Assembly (NCBI GenBank): GCA_964592355.1
Contig: CAZQBZ010000002.1
Coordinates: forward strand, 1 to 39,650
Length of the DNA stretch: 39,650 nucleotides
From: an uncultured Candidatus Saccharibacteria bacterium
GTDB taxonomy: Bacteria > Patescibacteriota > Minisyncoccia > Minisyncoccales > Staskawiczbacteraceae
Reading direction: 5' to 3'
This document shows positions 24,701 to 30,439 of this stretch, piece by piece (the stretch's first letter is position 1; every line of letters begins with the position of its first letter). The position numbers were made by a program, and so were the translations under genes. A model generated the notes under the pieces. It worked only from the letters and a program-made list of their open reading frames with translations. It searched no databases and was not told the origin of the DNA.

Positions 24701-27548
24701 CTTTTTTGACGATACGGCTGCCACAACAATTGGCTCTGCCACCACAAATTCATCGGGCGTTGCCACAATCACATACAACACCCCAACAAGCCTCACCAAT
24801 GGCAACCATACAATCAGGGCCCAGAGAAACGACAGCCTCAGGGAGGCAACCGCCACTCTTGTGGTGTCAGCATTGTGCCAAAATTCAAACTCGGCAACGC
24901 TTTGTTTGCAAACCCCGCCAGCAATAGGAAACCAAAATACCTTGTCGTTTCAGCTTAGCCAGTCCACGATTACTATTGCAGAATGGGTGACAATGACAGC
25001 TGCTTTATCAAGTCCAATTTCAGGCCAAACAATCTATTTTATGGACAGATACAATAATACTCAGATAGGCACTGCTATAACCGATTCTGATGGAGCTGTT
25101 TCATATTCATTCCAGCCAAACTTTACAGGAACGCATGTGATAGAGGCCACATTTAACGGAAACTATATGTATGACCTTGCACCATCATATAAGCAACAAA
25201 ACCTTACCGTAAATGCCAATGCGAATTGCCAGATTTCCGGCTCTACAATGTTATGCCAATCGGCTGCTCCTACAATCAATAACTCCACAATGAGTTTTAC
25301 ATTAAGCGTGCCGTCTGTGCAAGCCGAGGGCACAGTAACTCTTATTGCTCAGATGTCAAGCTCAATAGCGGGGTCGGTTATCACATTTTCTGACACAACA
25401 TCGGGCGTAACCATAGGCACCAGGCAAACCGATTCAACAGGCAGGGCAACAATTGACTATACAATTCCATCCGGAACATCAACAGGAACCCATGTGATGA
25501 GGGCGGTCAATGCCAATAACGGTGAGACCAAAACAGCTAATTTGGAAATTTCCGACCTTCCGCTTATAGGATCTTTGGTGCTTAATCCCACATCAATTAC
25601 TGCCGGAGAATCTGTTACCGTCACTGCCACAATGGCTCCGGTGCTGGCAGATGTGTCAGTTACTTTCTATGACGACACGGCTGCCACAACAATTGGCACT
25701 GCAACCACCAATTCATCCGGTGTTGCCACAGTTACATATAACACCCCCACAAGCCTTGCTGATGGCAACCACACAATCAGGGCCCAGAGAAACGACAGCC
25801 TCAGGGAGGCAACCGCCACTTTGGCAGTTTCAGGACTGTGTTTGACTTCAAACTCCGCAAGACTGTGTTTGTCCAGTCCGGTGACAGCGTCAAATCCGGA
25901 AACCATATCTTCATTTACACTTAGCTCTTCAACAATAACCCTTTCCGATTGGGTGACTTTAACAGCTCAATTGTCCAGCGCGGTCGCGAATGAAACAATA
26001 ACATTTATTGACAGGACAACCGGAACCACTTGGGGCACCGCTAATACCGACTCAAGCGGAGAAGCCGTTTTCTTGTTCCAACCAAACTATACAGGCACTC
26101 GCACTATTGAGGCCGTATATACAGGAAAATATTTGTTAAATTTGTCGCCCTCATACAAACAGCAAAGCCTTACAATAAACGCGCAAGACGGATGTCAGAT
26201 AAACGGTTCAACAATGCTTTGCATAGACCCGCCGGAAGTGGGATATCCTTCGGTAAGTGAATTTTCAGCCAGCCCATTTTTCGTGGAGGCGGGCTCACAG
26301 ACAACACTTACTGCCACATTATCCATACCTATCCCATATCTTACGATCACATTTACCGACACCACGCTATCAACAACAATAGGCACGGCTATCACTAATA
26401 AATCCGGAACCGCCACCATAAATTACGTGATTCCTTATGACGCCCCCACAGGCACCCGCAATCTTACAGCTTCATTCCTGACGGCTTCAAAAACGGCTAC
26501 AATGCAAGTTTTGGGTCCGACAATAGAAGGCTGGCCATACAGAAAATCCATTACGATAAGCACAGCAAATGCAGACGAAACATTTAATGATTTTCCGCTG
26601 TTGGTGAAGATAACGAATGACGCGGATATAGGCACCTATTCAATGGCATCTGGTGACGATATCAGGTTTGCCGATGCTTCGGGCAATGCTTTGCCTTATG
26701 AAAGAGAATCTTGGTCTGGTGGCGGTGGTAATCCGGCTTCTGGAATATTCTGGGTAAGGGTGCCAAGCATAAGCGCAGACAACGACACCACAATTTATGT
26801 TTATTATGGCAATGCAAATGCCCAGAATGTAAACTCGGCCAAATTTGTATGGGAGTCAAATTATAAAGCGGTTTTCCATTTTGGTTCTGGATCAACATTT
26901 TCAACCCTGGATTCTACCGCAAATAACAATCACGCCACAAACATTTCAGATGTGACCGCCTATTCTTCAGGAAAAGTGGGGGCTGCAGGATATTTTTCCG
27001 GTTCAAACTATTTGACGGTTCCAAATATCTCTTCGCTTGTTAGCGCCCAGAAGTTTACGGTTTCGGCATTTGTGTATCCGCAGACACTTGTTTCAACGGC
27101 CTGGTTCTCAAAGGGAACCGCCGGAAGCTATACAGACAATATTTTATTCTGTCTGGACGGAGAGCCAAGATATGGAGTTAAAAACGGGCTTGATAACATG
27201 GCAGTCGCCCCTGCGCTTACAACAAACAGCTGGTATGGATTGTCTGTAGTGTTTGATGGCTCACAGACAGGCAATGATAACAGGCTTAAAATATATCAAA
27301 ACGCAGTGCAACAATTAGCCGACTTTATCATAGACAACTACACGGTGCCGGCTACAACATCTGCCAATACCGGCCTTGAATACATCGGCACGCATGGGGT
27401 AACCGCCAGCTCGTGGAGATGGCTGGGATATATTGACGAATTCCGCATTTCCAGCGTTGCAAGGTCAGCGGCTTACAATAAATTTATGTACAACAACATA
27501 AACAGCGCCACAAACGAGCTTACTTTTGGACTGCATTCAACCCCGTAG
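21759..27548 (+). CDS. Giant secreted repeat protein: N-terminal domain, about 13 Ig-like modules, C-terminal DUF2341 and LamG (concanavalin A-like lectin) domains. Candidate pilus-associated adhesin.
   Basis: Signal peptide MRKHFLKIFFGLFAAFIGWFLMPQIVGA. Repeated V.LTATLS..(A/P)GQTIYF.D....IGTA.T...G.A modules. DUF2341-like WPYRKSITIS...DIRFADASGNALPYERESW...IYVYYGN. LamG-like KAVFHF...GYIDEFRISSVARS. Confidence 0.8.
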   Translation: MRKHFLKIFFGLFAAFIGWFLMPQIVGAQFPSFEYYSEHAYPDAANFSAVDTYTSVVFTATVTDISGVNSVNAIIEDANGNQIGDWERMYDDGYHEDMIAGDNIYGAFFSLDGLNVNGTYYLTLRTTDNLYNSSYVKNPDGSYTEVYKRAALVTMRPVYCNPESESASPRLCIKIDITNPKTISTFTVTPNSIEDPQAVTLTATLSVALAGQLITFKDLSTGQIIGYGFTDSSGSVSVGYVPAQTATLQAVYMGDALRKIPPSYKEASVTVANAGSCQTSGLVILCLAPIGPSNPDTLESLTTNVSGNIVAGQEVTFTATMSRSVARAGQTIYFRDNDTNVLLGSAVTDSVGHAFFTYRPAFAATQGHRIDAIYSGNPLLGLAPSYKSVMLFVTGSCADSNSASLCIEPTVSNPNTISSFTLSATNNEMMLSEYVTMTATLSTPIAGQTIYFVDRYTNVTIGTATTNSSGVATITYQPVFTGPHVLEALYFGNYLLDMDPSFKQQTLTITNEGYCYISGLVLLCEEGLPMWTQATMTFELSDYDVTAEDTITLTATMSAPLAGINITFSDSTAGITIGTRQTNSQGVASITYQIPTTTVTSTHVMRAVNGSNAQTLNQNLNITALPLIGSLVLAPTSVTAGESVLMTATMAPAMQNVSVTFYDVTAGTTIGTSTTNSSGVATLTYNTPLSLTNGNHTIRAQRNDSLREGTATLVVSAVCQVSGSATLCLQGPPAIGNQNTISSLNLSSSTINISEWVTMTATLSTPIPGQTIYFIDRNASQIGTAVTNSDGIATYSFQPAFTGPHTIEALYNGSYLYGLAPSYKQQTLTVNANANCQISGSTLLCITATPAINNSTMATSLSVPSVQAEGTVTVIAQMSAALPGIMITFRDVTSSTALGTVPTDATGRASVNYRIPTGTASGTHTITAVNASNGETDTVYLEISDLPLIGSITLNPTTISAGESTTVTAVTAPVLADVSITFFDDTAATTIGSATTNSSGVATITYNTPTSLTNGNHTIRAQRNDSLREATATLVVSALCQNSNSATLCLQTPPAIGNQNTLSFQLSQSTITIAEWVTMTAALSSPISGQTIYFMDRYNNTQIGTAITDSDGAVSYSFQPNFTGTHVIEATFNGNYMYDLAPSYKQQNLTVNANANCQISGSTMLCQSAAPTINNSTMSFTLSVPSVQAEGTVTLIAQMSSSIAGSVITFSDTTSGVTIGTRQTDSTGRATIDYTIPSGTSTGTHVMRAVNANNGETKTANLEISDLPLIGSLVLNPTSITAGESVTVTATMAPVLADVSVTFYDDTAATTIGTATTNSSGVATVTYNTPTSLADGNHTIRAQRNDSLREATATLAVSGLCLTSNSARLCLSSPVTASNPETISSFTLSSSTITLSDWVTLTAQLSSAVANETITFIDRTTGTTWGTANTDSSGEAVFLFQPNYTGTRTIEAVYTGKYLLNLSPSYKQQSLTINAQDGCQINGSTMLCIDPPEVGYPSVSEFSASPFFVEAGSQTTLTATLSIPIPYLTITFTDTTLSTTIGTAITNKSGTATINYVIPYDAPTGTRNLTASFLTASKTATMQVLGPTIEGWPYRKSITISTANADETFNDFPLLVKITNDADIGTYSMASGDDIRFADASGNALPYERESWSGGGGNPASGIFWVRVPSISADNDTTIYVYYGNANAQNVNSAKFVWESNYKAVFHFGSGSTFSTLDSTANNNHATNISDVTAYSSGKVGAAGYFSGSNYLTVPNISSLVSAQKFTVSAFVYPQTLVSTAWFSKGTAGSYTDNILFCLDGEPRYGVKNGLDNMAVAPALTTNSWYGLSVVFDGSQTGNDNRLKIYQNAVQQLADFIIDNYTVPATTSANTGLEYIGTHGVTASSWRWLGYIDEFRISSVARSAAYNKFMYNNINSATNELTFGLHSTP
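22947..25838 (+). repeat. Three in-frame tandem super-repeats (966, 963 and 963 bp) inside the giant gene
   Basis: Unit boundaries at the Cys codons 22947, 23913, 24876 and 25839. GGCAACCA(T/C)ACAATCAGGGCCCAGAGAAACGACAGCCTCAGGGA recurs at 23838, 24801 and 25764, exactly 963 bp apart, with one C/T difference in the third copy. Confidence 0.9.
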
Positions 27549-27581
27549 TTGTAAAGCCCAGTGGCCTGACAATTTATCCAC

Positions 27582-27611
27582 TTGCCATCTTTAACAACAA
27601 CAATGTATAAT
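27582..27611 (+). promoter_or_regulatory. Sigma70-like promoter candidate
   Basis: TTGCCA (27582-27587), 18 nt, TATAAT (27606-27611). Confidence 0.45.
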
Positions 27612-27661
27612 AATATAATTAAGCGTTGTTCCCTGCCAATGGGAGCAGAATAAATAAAAAT

Positions 27662-28063
27662 ATGGATAAAAAAACAATTATTTTAATAGTAGTAGTTTTA
27701 ATTTTAATTTTAGCGGCAGTGGGCGGTTTGGTTTTTGTATTAATGAATAAAAATTCGGACGGTTCGTTGCCAGGGCCAAAGGTTTCTGAAAACGGAGAGA
27801 TTATATACGAGCAGGTTCCCCTTGAAGAGGCCGAGGCCCAGGTAAACAAAGATTTTCCTGATACATTAACTGGCACGCTTGAATTTGGCGCAAACGACAA
27901 GGCAACCCTAAAAACATCAACCAAAACATATACATTCACCCCGGACCAGCCCAAAGGGATTTATGAGTCTTTTGGTGTTGAAGAAGGCGACCGTGTAACC
28001 GTAAAATGCAAAATTTTGGATAACAATACAATTCAACTATTTTCAATGGACGTCGCAAAATAA
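27662..28063 (+). CDS. Small membrane-anchored hypothetical protein
   Basis: MDKKTIILIVVVLILILAAVGGLVFVL signal anchor. The ORF track starts at TTG 27626; I prefer the ATG at 27662. Confidence 0.6.
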   Translation: MDKKTIILIVVVLILILAAVGGLVFVLMNKNSDGSLPGPKVSENGEIIYEQVPLEEAEAQVNKDFPDTLTGTLEFGANDKATLKTSTKTYTFTPDQPKGIYESFGVEEGDRVTVKCKILDNNTIQLFSMDVAK

Positions 28064-28087
28064 ACCTAAAGCGTCATTAAAAACATT

Positions 28088-28858
28088 ATGAAAAACTATT
28101 TTTTATTCATTTTCGCGGCCTTGGTTCTCTTTGTGGCTCCGCAATTTGCATCAGCCGCCAACTACTTTGTGGGTGTCACAATAGCCTCGGGACAGGCTCC
28201 CGGATACCCAAGCGGAACAACAAACACTAATTGGTGTTTGCCGGCGATAAGCCCACAAACCACTGGCTACGGTACTCGATTCTACATTAGAAGTGGAACA
28301 TCCAATCTTACACCCGTAAGTCCGACGACCAATCCGATTGATTTGGCAGGTCCTGCCTGCGCAGGCGACACTGTGTGGAGCGGTTTGTTTAACCTTACCA
28401 GCGGAACAACCTACAATGCCTATTTTAATGCTCAATCTTATGCTTATTGTCCTGGAGTAATGGATTATGACGAGTGTCAAATTTGGTGCGACTACTCTTG
28501 TTGGGTTTCTTGGGACACTCCAGGGCAGAATAAAAGCTGTGCCGAAGTGTGCGCTCATTATGGAACTACGCCAAGAATTTATACAAGCAATTATCCCGTT
28601 CTTTTCCGTCCGGCAGCCCATAACTGCAGAACTGTTGCAAAACTCTTGGGTGGCACTTGCTCAAGCTGTACAACCAATGGCACCTATGATTATTACAACC
28701 CCACCACCTTTGCCTGTACTACAACAACAAGCACCCATAATACGGCTGACGCAAACGGCAACGCAACATTGGGATCGGACTTAGTTAGAGTTTGCGCCTG
28801 TAATGTTTTAAACAGTACAGCAGCATCTTTCTCTTTTAATTTTACCCCTACATTTTAA
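28088..28858 (+). CDS. Secreted Cys-rich, Thr/Asn-rich protein, paralog A
   Basis: Signal peptide MKNYFLFIFAALVLFVAPQFASA|AN. 14 Cys and 7 N-X-S/T sequons. No recognised family. Confidence 0.75.
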   Translation: MKNYFLFIFAALVLFVAPQFASAANYFVGVTIASGQAPGYPSGTTNTNWCLPAISPQTTGYGTRFYIRSGTSNLTPVSPTTNPIDLAGPACAGDTVWSGLFNLTSGTTYNAYFNAQSYAYCPGVMDYDECQIWCDYSCWVSWDTPGQNKSCAEVCAHYGTTPRIYTSNYPVLFRPAAHNCRTVAKLLGGTCSSCTTNGTYDYYNPTTFACTTTTSTHNTADANGNATLGSDLVRVCACNVLNSTAASFSFNFTPTF

Positions 28859-28903
28859 AATTTTAAATTCGCCCGTGCCGCGGCTCGGGCGGGTTATGTA
28901 TAA

Positions 28904-28942
28904 AAAAGCCCCTTTCAAGATTTTATCCTTAAAGGGGCTTTT
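28904..28942. terminator. Bidirectional rho-independent terminator between the convergent paralogs
   Basis: AAAAGCCCCTTT (28904-28915) pairs with AAAGGGGCTTTT (28931-28942). Flanking A and T runs provide a U-tract on both strands. Confidence 0.75.
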
Positions 28943-28967
28943 TAGAAAGTATTTTCCGCGAGAACTT

Positions 28968-29016
28968 CCGCCGACGTCGTGCGTCGGCGGACTTTCGATA
29001 GACGTCGTGCGTCTAT
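28968..29016. repeat. Two copies of the GACGTCGTGCGTC hairpin repeat
   Basis: CCGCCGACG-TCGTG-CGTCGGCGG (28968-28990) and ATAGACG-TCGTG-CGTCTAT (28998-29016). Confidence 0.7.
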
Positions 29017-29019
29017 TTT

Positions 29020-29796
29020 TTAGAAGGTTGGAGTGAAGTTAAAGGAAAAAGACGCCGCCGTGCTATTTAACAAATTGCAGGCACAGACTCTAACAACATC
29101 AGATCCTAAAGTAGCGTTGCCGTTTGCGTCAGCCGTATTATGGGTGCTTGTTGTTGTAGTACAGGCAAAGGTGGTGGGGTTGTAATAATCATAGGTGCCA
29201 TTGGTTGTACAGCTTGAGCAAGTGCCACCCAAAAGACGTGACACTATTGAACAATTTTTAGATGTGGACATGCCGAGTATCGGATAGTTACTGGTGTACA
29301 TCTGGGGGGTTGTCCCATAACGAGCGCACACTTCAGCACAGCTTTTGTTCTGTCCTGGAGTATCCCAAGCCGCCCAACAAATAGGACCATTATACTCATA
29401 GCTACCATTATAATAATACGCTTGTGTTCCCGGGCAATAAGCATAAGATTGAGCGTTAAAATAGGCATTGTAGGTTGTTCCGCTGGTAAGGTTGAATAGG
29501 CCAGACCAGACTGTATCTCCTGAACAAGCAGGACCTGCCAAGTCAACAGGATTGGTTGTCGGGCTCACTGGAGTAAGGTTTGTTGTTCCGCTTCTGATGT
29601 AGAATCGGGTCCCCCAACTAGTGGTCTCTGGGCTTATCGCCGGCAAACACCAATTAGTGTTTGTTGTTCCGCTTGGGTATCCGGGAGCCTGTCCCGAGGC
29701 TATTGTGACACCCACAAAGTAGTTGGCGGCTGATGCAAATTGCGGAGCCACAAAGAGAACCAAGGCCGCGAAAATGAATAAAAAATAGTTTTTCAT
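29020..29796 (-). CDS. Secreted Cys-rich, Thr/Asn-rich protein, paralog B
   Basis: 258 aa. The signal peptide and first 56 aa are identical to paralog A. 12 Cys. The central blocks are replaced. Confidence 0.75.
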   Translation of the reverse strand: MKNYFLFIFAALVLFVAPQFASAANYFVGVTIASGQAPGYPSGTTNTNWCLPAISPETTSWGTRFYIRSGTTNLTPVSPTTNPVDLAGPACSGDTVWSGLFNLTSGTTYNAYFNAQSYAYCPGTQAYYYNGSYEYNGPICWAAWDTPGQNKSCAEVCARYGTTPQMYTSNYPILGMSTSKNCSIVSRLLGGTCSSCTTNGTYDYYNPTTFACTTTTSTHNTADANGNATLGSDVVRVCACNLLNSTAASFSFNFTPTF

Positions 29797-29845
29797 AATG
29801 TTTTTAATGATGCTTTAGGTTTATTTTGCGACGTCAATAAAAAAT

Positions 29846-29887
29846 CTCGGGAGCCGCGGCTTTTCCGCCGACGTCGGGCGTCGGCGG
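29846..29887. repeat. GC-rich palindromic repeats flanking the right arm
   Basis: CTCGGGAGCCGCGGC shares GAGCCGCGGC with the reverse complement of 28877-28886. CCGCCGACGTCGGGCGTCGGCGG (29865-29887) differs from 28968-28990 by one loop base. Confidence 0.65.
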
Positions 29888-29953
29888 GTTTGTCTTGGCA
29901 AGCCAAATAGGTTGTGTTAAACTAAGTCTAACCAGGCTAAATTAAAATATAAT

Positions 29954-30430
29954 ATGGATAAACAAACAATAAATAAATTTTGGCTGCCCGCGCTGATTTT
30001 TGCGGTTGTGGCAGTATTGCTCTATGCCTTCTTTTTTATTGATTTTTGGGGATCAGGCAAGGAAGCAGACTTAAACACCTTGACCGACCAGCAAATAATC
30101 GAAATTCTTAAAACAAATGCGGATGTTGCAGATTACATTTCAAGAAATCCAGATTTTGGCATTCAGAGCAAAGAAATTTTAACAAAGGATTCTATATTAA
30201 AGGGTCAAAATCAAAACACATTTCAGCCTGTGTATATAGGCTTGGAGCTTGAAGATACCAGGTATTTGAAAGTTCAGCTGATGAACGCTTCCGGCAGAGA
30301 GGGATATATCACCGTTATCGACGGCAACGACAGCAGTGTGCAAAAAGCTTTTGGCATGCTTTTGTTGCAAATGTCTCAACAGGAAATTGAGCAACAACTC
30401 CAGCAAAGCAGTCAAAGTCCCGCCCAATAG
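29954..30430 (+). CDS. Membrane-anchored hypothetical protein
   Basis: N-terminal TM (FWLPALIFAVVAVLLYAFFFI) and a Gln-rich C-terminus. Confidence 0.6.
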   Translation: MDKQTINKFWLPALIFAVVAVLLYAFFFIDFWGSGKEADLNTLTDQQIIEILKTNADVADYISRNPDFGIQSKEILTKDSILKGQNQNTFQPVYIGLELEDTRYLKVQLMNASGREGYITVIDGNDSSVQKAFGMLLLQMSQQEIEQQLQQSSQSPAQ

Positions 30431-30439
30431 CCTAATTTT

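Larger units (their letters stand above)
28049..29835. repeat. Inverted duplication: arms 28049-28858 and 29020-29835, with a 161-bp spacer
   Basis: The arms hold the two convergent paralogs plus 39 bp upstream of each start. The first ~207 bp of the arms match except for one base (28073). Confidence 0.9.

Noticed and set aside
22947-26520. Regularly spaced repeated DNA that could be mistaken for a CRISPR array or a satellite
   Set aside because: The period is 963 bp and the repeats are in frame within one long ORF encoding Ig-like modules. There are no short direct repeats with unique spacers, and no cas genes lie nearby.
28457-28642. Diversity-generating retroelement (DGR) as the source of the variable blocks in the Cys-rich paralogs
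   Set aside because: There is no reverse transcriptase ORF in the window. Differences between the copies include length changes and substitutions at all four bases rather than adenine-specific mutagenesis. Neither copy looks like a non-coding template repeat.
28826-28858. C-terminal SFSFNFTPTF with terminal Phe and alternating aromatics resembles an outer-membrane beta-barrel targeting signal
   Set aside because: The protein is small, Cys-rich and Thr/Asn-rich, without the amphipathic beta-strand periodicity of a barrel. No outer-membrane biogenesis or secretin genes are seen. I keep it only as a note that the tail is conserved despite synonymous divergence.
28049-29835. Insertion sequence or composite transposon suggested by the large inverted repeat
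   Set aside because: The arms are complete genes for signal-peptide-bearing proteins, not terminal inverted repeats. No transposase, integrase or invertase ORF lies between or beside them, and the spacer is only 161 bp.
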